DNA of 64,000 nt from Vicugna vicugna (taxonomy: Eukaryota). Under the pieces are notes generated by a model, which was not told the DNA's origin, made no database searches, and saw only the letters and a program-made list of their open reading frames with translations. The first letter of the stretch is position 1. Each line of letters opens with the position of its first letter. A program made the translations under genes and the position numbers. Below, one piece after another: positions 27,717 through 40,329 of the stretch. The stretch covers positions 2,073,111 through 2,137,110 of the forward strand of contig MU058824.1 of the NCBI GenBank assembly GCA_013265495.1, read 5' to 3'.

Positions 27717-27810
27717 AAGTCATTGGAACTTGGCGTTTGCGAAACAGAGAACAACTCAGAAAAAGGAAAGCTGAAGCACAAGAAAAGCAAACTTCACAAT
27801 GGCAATTTGG
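27717..27810 (+). CDS. HEMGN: Hemogen coding exon 2 ([32 protein letters not shown])
   Basis: Conserved HEMGN coiled-coil/basic motif; acceptor tacag|, donor GG|GTACAG; 94 nt, phases fit neighbouring exons. Confidence 0.95.
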
Positions 27811-27934
27811 GTACAGTATCCCCATGAGGGAAAAGGAACTGGTATTTACCGAGCATATGCTAAGCACTTTTACATACTGTATTTTATTTTTCCAACAATC
27901 CCATAAATCGGGAGTTGTTATCCTTATTTTACAA

Positions 27935-27980
27935 AAAAGAAAGAAAAAAAGAAAGAAAGAAAGAAAGAAAGAAAGAAAAA
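27935..27980. repeat. (GAAA)n/A-rich simple repeat
   Basis: Seen directly. Confidence 0.85.
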
Positions 27981-28495
27981 CCAAGTCTCTGAAGGGTTAA
28001 ATCTTTTGCCTAAAGTCCCACAGCTAGTACAGTAGTGGGAACAGAATCGTATCCCTGGTCTCTTTTAATTAAAGCACCAGGCGATCAAACTATGTGTATT
28101 GTAGAGAGGCCTGGTGTCCAACCACCCTGGCAATATAACCATAGAAGCATCTTATTGTTGGAATTGGGAGACACCATTGAGGAGAGACACCCCTGCCCCC
28201 ACCCCCGACCAAGCTTGTTCTCCAAGCTTTCTATTAGTAAAATCCTTGAATGAATGTGGCTGACTCTCCATGGACTAAACCCAAACACTGTGTGCAAATG
28301 AGTGATGAGAGTTTGGGAGTTCCTAAATGGCCCCAGTCAGCTGTGTGTAATCTCAGAGAGGGAGTACAAGAACATGATTATACATTAGGCAGCATCTAAC
28401 TGTATCCATTTAGACTATGACTATGAAAACAGAGGTATTGCTTGCTTGGAGATAGAAAATGGGAGTCCAAGGAGCCAAAGGACAGCATCCAAGCC

Positions 28496-28720
28496 ACGGT
28501 GTCTTAACCCCAGCGCTGCTGACACTGTGGGTAGGAGAATTCTTTGTATGGGAGGCTGTCCTGTGCACTGAAGATGTTTAGCAGCATCTCTGGCCTCTAG
28601 AAGCCCATAGAACTCCCCTCTCCCCAAGTTGTGACCACCAAAACTGTCTCCAGACATTCTCAAATTTCTCCTGGGGTTCGGGGAGAAAGAGGCAAAATTG
28701 CTCCCAGTTGAGAACCACTG
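28496..28720. mobile_element. MER20 (hAT-Charlie MITE)
   Basis: ggctgtcctgtgcactg...gtttagcagcatctctggcctcta...tgtctccagacatt...ccagttgagaaccactg. Confidence 0.85.
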
Positions 28721-29725
28721 ATCTAAATAAGCACTCTTCTTTTAAAAAATTTTTGATTAAGATATAGATGTGTATTTCTTCCTTATTGCAAAAATGTTTC
28801 TTCCTCCAATGGCAAAAATAATGTAGGTAAGCAATTTTCCAGGCATCATTTAAAAAAAAAACATACTATGCAGGTATGTATTTTAAGCACCTAGTCCCAC
28901 TGTGGACTGAGTACTGGCTGTTCTGTTACAACACGTGTTTCTACAACACCAGTTAGCTTACATAGGACTGGTAAATAGGAGAATGATGTCAGTATAATGT
29001 GGAAGTTGTGTTCGTTTATAATTTTTCCTAGTCAAAAAGAAGCCAGAATAGTGGGAATAGAATTAAAGCCTTCAGCAGGAAGGAAAAAGCCTTCAGCTTG
29101 GCTGCTGTATAGATAGGATCCTTTTCAGCCTACATCCGGGCTCCACCCCTAGAGAAGGACATTACCAGCCTCGCAAAGATCTCTGCATGTAGCAGGTTGC
29201 ACTTCCTCCTTTGCTCAACTTAGTGGCAGCTCTGCTGGCTCAGAGTGCCACCCTTATTTGCATGATCTCAGTGCTGAAAGCCTGCATTTACACTGTTGCT
29301 TTTGTGCATTTTTACAATCCCCGAGGCAGCCTCCAGCCATAGTAAACTGCCTGTCTGGACTATCCAAGATCTCTCTCCCCTGTACCAATTATTGCTTATG
29401 TTAGTGTTAAAAAGTTGCATAAGATTTGAGTCATTTGCCCCAACTTGATTTTTTCCCCCATAAGCCTGTAACTTTAAGTGTATGATTTTGCAGAGAGGTT
29501 TTTCAGGAATGCATATATGTTATAGCAGAAACTTCTATCCTTAGGTCCTTTGGCAAATACCTCTATTGAAGAATACCCTATTAGCGCCCCTAATTCCATA
29601 GTCACCAAGCAACCTTCTGATCATTACTTGGCTTCCCAAGTACTTGCTACAGGGAAAGAGTGCATTTATTTGTTAGCCCAAGTATTGTGACTTTACATTT
29701 CTCACTGTTCATTTAAAAATTGGTT

Positions 29726-29886
29726 GGGGAGGGTAATAGCTCAAGTGGTAGAGCACATGCTTAGTTTGCCAAGGTCCTGGGTTCAATCCCCAGTACATCC
29801 TCTAAAACTAACTAAATAAACCCAATTACCTCCCTCCGCCTACCTCACCCCACCAAAAACAAAAACAAGAACAAAAACAAAACAAA
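29726..29886 (+). mobile_element. tRNA-derived SINE (camelid Vic-type), long form
   Basis: ggggagggtaatagctcaagtggtagagc...ggttcaatcccc; TSD taaaa(a/t)ttggt at 29714-29724 and 29887-29897. Confidence 0.88.
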
Positions 29887-30159
29887 TAAAATTTGGTGTT
29901 TAGGTGTACATATTCATCTCTTTGAGCTGGTTGATGAGCTCTGCCCCTCATAAATGGAGCTGATCTCATTATGCTCATTGAATTGGGTTTCTGTGCTCGT
30001 TGGGTTGGGGGTCAAGGCTGAAGAGGTCACTGAAGTGAATGACACCTTGGTGAGCCTCTTGGCAGCTGGCTGGCCTTGCTCTTGTGACACATCTCTATAC
30101 TACTGAGGGCTGTTGTCACTGCAACACACTGCACAGTGAAACCTTTGTAGTTCCAGAGA

Positions 30160-30585
30160 GAAGTGGCAGAGTGTAACGGTTAAGATCCTGGCTGTCAAAG
30201 CCGGAATGACTAGATTTGAAGACTGGCTCCCTCACTTCCTAGCAGTTTCACCAAGTTACTGAATCTCTCTGTGCCTCAGTTTTGTCATCTGCAAAATGGA
30301 GATAATAGTATCTACCTCGTAAGTTGATGTGAAGATTATATGTGATAACACAATAAGTAAATTACTTAACACGTATAGGAAATATTTCCTATATTAATAT
30401 TAGAGTATAAATTTCTATTTGGATAATTGATTCATGTAAGTTATTATGTGCAATTCTTACAACAACCACATGAGGTTGGTTTATTCCATATTACCTGTGA
30501 AGAAACCAAGGGATAGAGAATTTAAGTGACTTGCCCCGATCATACAGCTGATAAGTCACAGAGTACAGATTAAATTTTAGGTCAC
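30160..30585. mobile_element. Two MIRs in tail-to-tail inverted orientation
   Basis: Plus-strand core ctctctgtgcctcagttttgtcatctgcaaaatgg; minus-strand core aagtgacttgccccgatcatacagctg. Confidence 0.7.
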
Positions 30586-32072
30586 ACAGACATATTTGTA
30601 TCTTTTGAAAAACTACCAGGAAGAACATGGGACATTATATTACTCAAATTCCCTCATATAGAGATCTACATATCGAATTATTTAGGATTTAATTTCCAGG
30701 ATAATAATAAGTGTTTCCTGAAGAATTCACATACATCATCTTTTTAAAAATCTGACAATAAAGATTTTATAATTTATCTTGTCACCTTGGTTACTTGGAA
30801 TTAAACTTCAAAATGCTGAGGTACCAATATCGTTTTTACCTTCTATATTATTTTAAATATTCATTTTAACTCTCGTATTACAATATATTCCTTTTTAATA
30901 TTGACTTCAAACTGGTTTTGATGAGGCAATCTTTAAAACAATTTTAATCATAGAAAATTTTGAAATCACAAAAATATAATAGGGTACACATTTTTTTAAG
31001 TGTGCAGGGAACTGTGAGCACTGCAGGGGTATAAAAAACACTAGTTTTATCTCCAAAGAAGGTCTAGTTTACTAAAAGAAATAGAATTTCTCCGTAAGTG
31101 ACTACAGGATGAGGCAGCCTATGTTCTTTGCCTTAAGCATAATCATAATACATCCTATAGGAGCGCTAAGTAGGGAGAGCATTTCAGCCCTGTGTTCTGT
31201 TAGAGAAGGCTCCATGGGGCAGGTAGCATGGAACAGAATTTCTGTAGGTTTATAAAAATGATGAAATGCTTATTTATAGTACCTTTTTCTCCCCCCTGAG
31301 TCCATCTGTATTAGCCATCTGTATTTGGTTATATTTGCAGCACCTAACAATTTGTCATTGGCTGCAAGTCCCATGCATATCCTTTCCTCTTCTAGATCTT
31401 TAACTACTAGTTCAGAGTAGGTATAATATGACCACTCATGCCTTTCCACCAAGATTCTTTACCTCAAGAAAATGTTTTTGACGCTCTGGACTCAGCTTAC
31501 AGCACACCTCATCTGACATGTAGTGCAGTTCCTTAACCTGCTTTACACAAGACAGTGTATTAGATGAGCAAGCCATATCCATCATTCACCTGCAGGATGC
31601 ACAGATGTAGAGCGGGGCTGGGCTGCAGATCTAGAAACACAATCGTATTTGTTTACCCAGGGCATAGAGAAACGAATTCACACAGACTAAACTCAAAGAC
31701 ACTAGTATATAAACCAGAATGCCAGTCTATTCATTTATAACATCAATGACACGTTTTCCATAACCAAAATTTAAGTGTAAGTATAGGCTCTCAAACACAC
31801 ACACACACCCACCCACACACACATGGCTCACCAAGAAGGTTCCTGCTGAGAAAGGCATCAAAGACAAAAAGCCTGAGGGTCATTTCCTCTCCTGACAATT
31901 GAGAACGTCTAGCACTGCTCCTTCATTTTACAAACAAGGAGACTGAGGCCCAGAGAGATTTAGTGCTTGTTCAAGGTTATGCAAGGCAGTGGGAGACCTG
32001 GGACTGTTATTACCTAGCATTTATTTGAATTCCATAGCCCTGTTGCTGACACCAATTCTGATTTCTCCATAG

Positions 32073-32998
32073 AGAGAAAAAACACAAGCGGCAGAGAACA
32101 GGAAAAAGAAATGAAAGAGGCAGAAAGAGACAACAGAATACAGAAATGAAGGTGGAGCCTCCATCACAACTAGAAAAGGAAGTGTCGGAGAAAGCACCTA
32201 TAGAGAAAGAAGCTGAGCCACCTGGGAGTGAGACTGAAGCTCTCCTTCTGGGATCCCTGCCCCAGAGAGTTGTGCCTGAGAAACATTTTTCTGAAATAGG
32301 TCAAGAAAGCATTATCCATCAGGAAAATTCTTCTGAGTACCAAGAAACAGCAGTACAAACCCACCCTTCTGAAATACACCAAGATATGGCTGAACCAGAA
32401 GACCTCTCTCCCAAAATGTGCCAGGAAGCTGCTGCAGCCCTTTCTTCTAAAACATCTGAAGACATGGCTGTCCTGGAAGGATGCTCTCCTGAAGCATACC
32501 CCAAACCAGATGTGCCTGAAGGCTACACTCTTGAAATGTACCAAAAAAGAGCTGAACCTGAGGAACACAAGTCTGAACCAGGTCAAGGAATAGCTGAAAC
32601 TGGAGGCTTCATTCCTAAAATACAGCAGGAAATAGCTGTGCCTAAAGAGCTGTCTACAAAGACATACCAGGAAACAGCTGAGCCTGAAGACTCTTCTCAT
32701 AAAACTTACAAAGAAATTGCTATGCCTAAAGCCCCCTCTCATGAAACAATCCAGGAAATACCTGGATCTGAAGAATATTCACCTGAAACCTACCAAGAAA
32801 CACCTGGATCTGAAGACCCTGTACCTGATATATACCAAGAAACACCTGGGCCTGAAGACCTCTCTACTAAGACATGTAAAGATAAGGATGTGCCTAAAGA
32901 ATGCTTTCCAGAGCCATATGAAGAAACAGGTGGGCCCCAAGACGAAGATCCTAAAGCACACCAGGAAAAAGCTAAGGATGCTTCTACTTTTCCTCAAG
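32073..32998 (+). CDS. HEMGN: Hemogen coding exon 3 (basic NLS-like region plus acidic 14-aa repeat domain)
   Basis: Acceptor ctccatag|; EKKHKRQRTGKRNERGRKRQQNTE..KVEP...KDVPKECFPEP...TFPQ; donor AAG|GTAGGG; 926 nt open. Confidence 0.96.
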
Positions 32999-35530
32999 GT
33001 AGGGGTTGTTTACTGGGGACAAGTCAGTGATGCTGCCACTTATAGGTGTTCCCAGGTCATAATCAGAGCACTGTATAGGTGTATCTCCCTCAGAGTTGTA
33101 ATTTATAGCCTTTTTTTTGACTATCCTGGGTTATCCCCCATTATCTCAAAGGGATATCATTAATGTCCCTGTCTAGTTTCAAGTGAAAAATGTTTTTCAT
33201 TCAACCAATATCTGCTTGGTATATTTTCATAATTAAAAGAAAATAATTGAAACTATAATCATGTATAGTGTGTACACACTATCCATTTTGGGAAGCTTTA
33301 GCCAGTGAAGAGAAATGAACCTCATACAGGGTGAATTATGTGCAAAATACTTTAAAGGACAATTAAATTTAGATTAGCAAGAAGGCTTAGTGAATGAAGT
33401 CTTTCTTGAAAATTAAAATTTCCTGGTAAACTAAATGCAAATAAATTCATGCTCCAAGGTACTGAGGGAGATACAAAGGCACAGAATAGGATTTTGCTAC
33501 TAGGGAACTCATTCTTGTAGGACTTACGTTTACCAAAAACCCTTTCTATTTAAATATTTGTTCCTGAAAAGCTTTCTCCTCAGCATAGAATTTTGAAAAT
33601 AATGTGACCTTTCTTCGGTTTGACTTGTCTCAGGGACATAACTGAGAGCCTCAGTTCTCTTTGCACACTACTGTGCTCAGTATAAGAAATGGATTGAGTC
33701 TGGCAGAACACAGCTAGCCCCAAGGAACTGTTTTCTAAAGAAATCCCTCTGGTAGCTTATTTACTCTTTCTCCTAAAATATCAGTGCAACAAAAACCTGG
33801 GGTTAGTTGGGGTCCAAGTAACACAGGTGTTGAGGAAATAAAACTACAGTAAAAGCAGACATATGAAGCATTGTACTGACAGGAGTTTCCTGCTGCTCTA
33901 ATCAATTCAACACCCTGATTCTAAGAGTTTCATTCTAAACCCAGCAAGGTTAAGATGGGCAATTAATTAATGCTCATTTTGTTTTTGGCTTAGTCTTAGT
34001 AAACATGTGGAAATACCTATCTTTTTGGTAATTATAAAATTTTCATAACTTTAAGATTATAAATGTTCATTATAATAATCATGTTATTATCAATTATAAT
34101 TCATAAATTATTATAAGATAACAGTAAAACCATAAATATTAAATATACTAAAATAATAAAATTATGAAAATTATTAATGTTCATTATAATAAGTTACAGC
34201 AATATATAAGTGAATGTAGAATAAAAGTCCCCTATGATACCCTCTCCTATCCCCAATGTTAAGTTGTTGTTTTGTTTTAACAGATGAGATGGTACAATAC
34301 ATTCTATTCTATAACCTATTTTTTTCATATACAACATATATTGTGGCCATCTTAATAATGTCTTTTGAAACAATTGTACAGTATTATGTCATATGTACAA
34401 TAATTTATTCAACCAGCCCCTATAATGATCAAAACTTAGGTTACTACCAAGTTTTACTATTATAACAATGTTCCATGAACATCATTGGAAGTAACATTTA
34501 TTTAACTAACAATTGTTTGGCACTTTCTATCTGCCAGACACTGTATTAAACATCTTATTTGAACTATTTTATTTAATGTTAAGAATCATATTGGCTGAAT
34601 AACATTATCCCCATTTTATAGATAAAGAAACTAAGGCACTGGAAGCTTAAGTTTCTCTGATTATTTCCTTTGGAGAAATAAATCCCTAGAAGTTTGGCTC
34701 TAGAAGCTGGGCCAAAGGGTACCAGCGTTTAAAGTCTGGATACATTCTGTCAGACTAGACTCCAAAAAGTTGTAGCAATTCACAGAAACCCAGAATTTAT
34801 GTAAGTGCCTATTCCTCACACCCTTGCCAACATTGTACATAATTATGTTTTAAAAAATCTTTGCCTATCTTTTGTGTTAAAAAAAACAACCTAATTATTT
34901 TAATTCCCACTTTTTTTGATGACTAATGCTACTAGGCATCTTTTTATAATTATTATGAATTTGATTTTTTTCTTTTGAGAATTGCCTGCTTGAATCCCTG
35001 TCAGATGTTATGTTTAGGATACCTATCTTTTTGATTGATTAAAAAAAATCTTTTTAAATAATAGTTATTGAACCTTTACCTACATATAAGTTGTAAATAT
35101 ATTTCTAGTTGTTTGTGGTTTAACTTTTTTTAAATTAAATTTTATTTTTTTATTTTTTATTTTTTATTTTTATGTTTATTAAAAATTTTTTTGGCTTAAC
35201 TTTGAAGCATTTTGGTAATCTATCTGACAAAATTTTAATTTTAGTTTTTAGTTATTCAAACCTGTCATGATTTTAATTCTTAATGATTCAAACTTGTCAG
35301 TCTCTTCCTGAATGGCTTCTGGTCTGTGTTCTGCTTCGAAAGGCCTTTATAATCTTAAGATTATTGGGACATTCTATTGTCTCTATGGCATGTATGTTAT
35401 TTTAATATTTAAATCTTCATTTGAAAATTTTTTTGTGCGAGGTGTGAGGTAGTTTTTTTCTCCGTATAGATAGCCAGTTGTCCCAATACCACTTATTGAA
35501 CCTATTTTTGTATTTTATTTTGTTTTACAG

Positions 35531-35637
35531 AAATGAAGGAAAAACCCAAAGCAGAAGAACCAGAGATACCAGTGATTCCAAATGTTCCTCAAGAGATTCA
35601 GCCAGAAAATGACATCTATAGTTATGTTTTGTTTTAA
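35531..35637 (+). CDS. HEMGN: Hemogen last coding exon (EMKEKPKAEEPEIPVIPNVPQEIQPENDIYSYVLF*)
   Basis: Acceptor ttttacag|; conserved C-terminus PEND.YSYVLF; TAA 35635-35637; total CDS 1206 nt = 401 aa. Confidence 0.95.
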
Positions 35638-35824
35638 CGATGTTCAACCATCATAGTTGTTCAACAAAATACACATCTTAGTACATTATATGTGTGATTT
35701 TCTCAAAATATGGTAGAAATCTCTACAATATTCATGAATATTTTAAGTGTTTTTCCCCCATATATAGACCATATCTGAGAGAACTAATATATTTTCTTCA
35801 GGCTCTACCACATAGACAATATCC

Positions 35825-35885
35825 TGCGTGTGTGTGTGTGTGCGTGTGTGCGTGCGCGCATGTATATATGTATGCATATGTATAC
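35825..35885. repeat. Alternating purine-pyrimidine tract (TG/CG/TA) downstream of the HEMGN stop, probably 3' UTR
   Basis: 61 nt of unbroken Y/R alternation. Confidence 0.85.
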
Positions 35886-36249
35886 TGGGGAGACCATAGT
35901 AGTGGGAACAGACTTAATCATTTTCCTGCTCTTAGGAATTAAAGAAATGTTTTTTCTTAGGGGAAAATTAATTACTGAGCCTTCCCTTTTCCCATTTTCA
36001 AGTATGAACAATTAAATTTGGGGAAGTATATAGTTTTCTTGTAAACTCTGTTCAATTATTAATGTAACAATAGCACCAAAATTTTATTCAGGCTTCAGTT
36101 GGCTTTTAACAACTTAACAATTTTAACAATTCTTATCATTCTGGGACTCCTTCAAAGAACTTTTGGAGTGATGAATGTGGTTTACTTGTGTATTTGAATT
36201 TTGATTTTCCATTTTTACTTTTTACATGTTGTAGTTGTGCAAAATGTAC

Positions 36250-36255
36250 ATTAAA
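36250..36255 (+). terminator. Candidate HEMGN polyadenylation signal ATTAAA
   Basis: ATTAAA with T/GT-rich flanks; alternatives are ATTAAA at 36011 and AATAAA at 36369. Confidence 0.35.
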
Positions 36256-37080
36256 TCATGATTACATGTTTAACTGTGTGGACAGCATCACAGTAAGCAC
36301 TGTGAGGGTCAGAAGACCTATAACACATAGTCCTTGCCCACTAGGGCTTTAGTCTAGTTTCATGGGGGAATAAAACAGAAAACAAATAATTACAAAAGAA
36401 GATAGTAAATGTTAGTGCCGTTTGAATAGAAGATATAACAGAGGGAATGCTCACTTTTTTGCTGGAGTGACTTGACAAAATTACAGCTGAGTGGAGCCTT
36501 GAAAGGCGGAGAGGATTTGTATTACAGGTGAGGATAGCAGCATTACTGTACGTGACACAGAGAAGGATGAATTCAAGACATAGTCAAGGAAATTGCATGC
36601 AGAACCCCTACAGGTAATGCAGGGTCCATGTGGAATAATAGCAGGCTAGTAGGCTAACAGTTATTATTATATTATTAGAGTGTACGGAATTTTGCATAGC
36701 TAAGAAGTATATTATTTACTTAGGTGATGGGAAACCAAGTATGACTTGAACAATGGAGTGGCAGTTTTAGTATATTAGGAATATTTATCTGGTGATAATG
36801 GTCAGGATTAGCTGAAAATGACAAGAGACTGGGGGCAGGAGTAGGAACTATTCTGAGTAGGAGGATGCCCGAAAATCTTCCCTGGCATTTGGGGGGTGAT
36901 GGTTTATTTTCAGTTTCCCTTCTCTTATTACAGTGGACTCAAAGGAGATTTCTGCATATAAAGGAATGATTTAGCAAGGGCACAATTATGCAAGTTCTTC
37001 ATATAGGCATCGTGCTAGGTACTAGGCTATAGTGAAAAACAAGACAGGATCCCTGTTTTTCAAGCATTCATGGTGTAGAA

Positions 37081-37838
37081 CAGCGGTTCTCAATCCTCAC
37101 GGTATGTTAGAACCATTGGGGAAGATTTCAAAATCACAGATGCCCAGACACCTCCCCAGGGATTCCAATTCACCTATCTAGGGTGACATCCAGACATAGG
37201 TATATTTATTTTTTAAATTGTTTTTTGCTCTAAATAATTTTTGAGAAATAATTTTAGAATTATATAGAAGTTGTATATCTAGTACAGAAGTTCCTATATA
37301 CCTCTCACCCAGTCTACCCTAATGCTAACATCTCACATAACCATGGTCCATTTATCAAAACTTAAGAAATTAAGATTTACCATTAACTAAACTACAGATA
37401 CTATTTGGATTTCATTAGTTTTTCTACCAACTCCCTTTTCCTGCTTCTGGATCCAATTTAGGACACAACATTGCATTTAGAGTATTTTTTAAAGTTTATT
37501 TTTATTGCAGTGTAGTTGATTTACAATGTTGTGTTAGTTTCAGGTATATAGCAAAGTAATTCAGTTGCAAATATACACACATATATATTCTTTTTCAGAT
37601 TCTTTTTCATTATAGGTTATTACAAGATATTGAATATAGTTCCTGGTGCTATACAGTAGGTCCTTGTTGTTTATCTATTTTATATATAGTAGTGTATATC
37701 TGTTAATCTCAAACTCCTAATTTATCCCTCCTCCCTACCCCTTTCTCCTTTGGTAACCATAGTTTGTTTTCTGTCTGTGCATTTAGAGTATTTTAAAGGT
37801 TCTCCAGATTATTCTAATGTTGGCTGAGGACCACTGGT
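37081..37838. mobile_element. MER5-like hAT element split by an old L1 3' fragment (about 37215-37488) and a younger L1 3' end (37489-37777)
   Basis: cagcggttctcaa...cagatgccc left half and ctccagattattctaatg...gaggaccactg right half; inner L1 has 17-bp TSD tgcatttagagtatttt. Confidence 0.75.
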
Positions 37839-38042
37839 ATAGTGGGAGGTTATAATGCTATTTCCCTCCTATTTGCCACACTATCCCCAAAAAACGTTAA
37901 ATTTTTTTCCCCTCGATATATTAATGGCACAATGATTACTCATACCCCAATATATTACTGAAGTAACATATTGAGAACAGCTTACAACATGATAGACCCT
38001 AACATCTGAATGGCACATCAGAACTTACACATTCACATATAG

Positions 38043-38110
38043 TTTTTTTTTAATTGAAGTATAGTCAGTTACAATATGTCAATTCTGGTGTACAGCACAA
38101 TGTCCCAGTC
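38043..38110 (-). mobile_element. Very short L1 3' terminal fragment
   Basis: ttttttaattgaagtatagtcagttacaat L1 tail; TSD-like tcacata(t/c)a(g/c)ttttt on both sides. Confidence 0.65.
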
Positions 38111-38503
38111 TCACATACACTTTTTAATTTGATTTGCACAAGAGTCTTTGCAGTCTAGGCTGGGCAGTGATTACCATTCCCATTTTACAGTTGAGGAAAT
38201 TACGGCAGAGAGGCTGTGTACTCACACAAAGTCACCTCTAACTTCCTCAGGGCTCTTCATTATGGTTTTCAATCCTTGGAAATCTTAATTTCACTTGCCA
38301 GAGTGGTTCAAGATCAGAAAAAAAAACTGAAACCTCGAGTTCTCAAAGTGTTTTATTAAGACGAATCTTAAGAGATTTACACATGTACAGGGGCACAAAG
38401 GTGAAAGAGATAAGAAAGTAGATGGAATGAGGAATATAGTACATTAGAGGAAGAGGGATCCTCTCTTTCTACTTTTTAGGACCCTTTCTACTTGCCCCCC
38501 CCC

Positions 38504-38599
38504 TCTCTTTTTTTTTTTCCTTAATGGAGGTGCTGGGGATTGAACCCAGGACCTCATAGATGCCTAGCATGAACTCTATCACTGAGCTATACCCTCCCC
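38504..38599 (-). mobile_element. tRNA-derived SINE (camelid Vic-type), short form
   Basis: ggggattgaacccaggacctc...ctgagctataccctcccc; TSD ttctacttgccc at 38486-38497 and 38602-38613. Confidence 0.9.
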
Positions 38600-40329
38600 T
38601 CTTCTACTTGCCCTCTTATGCCACTCCCTATATACCTACAACATCTGCTTTCTCATCATTCTCATTCAAACACAGTGTGTATCCCCAAATTTTCCACTTT
38701 TCTTCTTGGCTTAGAACCTTGAGATCACAGAATTTAAGTTTTGCAAGAATCCATCTAGCCCTACCCTGTGCCATCCTCTTGTCATGGTAGGTACAATGGT
38801 GGTTCTTTGAAATCCATGAATCTTATGATATTAAATCTAATATGATGTGTGATAAAATCCAAAGCTTTAATTGATTCTTCAAAGGGATCCTTCACCAAAA
38901 TGTAAGATTGAGTTATTACACTGAGAAGTGTTCATCAAAGTGTAGGCAGATGACCACCTGCTTTGAACATTTAAATTTTTTAAGGCATGTTCCTAGGTCC
39001 TACCTCCAAATAAACAGCTGTCTCATAAACTACAAATAATAATATATAACTCTAGGTAAGATGATAAAAGCTTCAAATCACATAATAGTGCTACTTATTT
39101 AAGTTCCTGTTTTCCATAAAGAGAAATTTTACCTTTAAAAGAGATAGCAACCTACTTCATCTGTGTCTCCAAGTCTGCATTTCAGAACTTCTCACACTTG
39201 TTAATGTATTTTTGGTGTTATCATCATTGTATATGATATCTAAGTCCAGAAGGGCAAATACCTCCCATTTTCTACAACAGTCTCCACAAATTAAGCAAGA
39301 CTATCACTTTTAGCAACACCCCCACCTCGTGGCAAATTGCAGCTATTACTGCCACAGTTCTACAATGTGTACATAGCTCAGCGGTTATCAAACTTGTTCT
39401 TTCAGCGGCCCAGAACTGTTTCCTCTGGGAAACAGAATAATGGCATTCTTTTCCAAATTTTCAAGTGGAAAAGATCCACCAGAGGACAAGTAGGTATATG
39501 AATTTTATCAATTTTTAAGGTTTTTGTTTTGAAACCTACAATCTTTAAATCTTCGGCTCCTTATGATGGTTTTTTTCTGCTAATGATGTTAGTCCATGAT
39601 AAATGAACAGGTCGAGGAACAGCTTTTCATGGCTGGTAAGTTTTTAAATCCGCGGATATGTATGGTTTTGAATAATTTATCTCGCAGGCAATATGTCTCC
39701 TTGCAGTCCCCCTGCCCTCCCATGAAACAACAGTATAAAAACTCAGAAGTAGAATAATGTATACAGAGAAATATACAGATGAGAGATGACATTACAAGTG
39801 GGTAAAAGGCCAGGCTATCGGTCCAGGGGTAACTGGTCATCACATGGGATGAATAACGGTCCTTGTTGGCCCTCAACTTTTTAGAGCTGCCCAGAAGCAA
39901 TGACTACAATCTCCTTAATGTATATGGCAAGTTGACTCAATTTCATTCTCGCTTCAGTTCTCGTGAGATCTGGAGCACAAGGACCAGTCCCTACTTCTTA
40001 ACCCCTAATATGGTGTGGGGCTACCCATCTATTAGATTTGAAATAAGAGTTACTTGGGATTCTTTTCTGACAAAATATCGTTTTTATTATGGAAAAGTGG
40101 GAGCATATAGACAAGTGTAAATGACCATCTATGTATTCCCACCACCCAAGAACAATGAACAGAGTTTCCAACATCCGATCATCTTGCTGTGTGATAGTTA
40201 TACACATTCTTTTTCTTAAAGAATTAGCATCATGCGTTGTATATGTAGGTTGCTTATTATTTCGAGATATCCTTACGCACAAATCTTCATCGACATGTCC
40301 CTCTTGGATAAACGGGTAACACAGAGTCG

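Noticed and set aside
32170..32742. 190-aa antisense ORF and other ORFs overlapping HEMGN exon 3
   Set aside because: Shadow frames of a repetitive, compositionally biased exon; no recognisable protein
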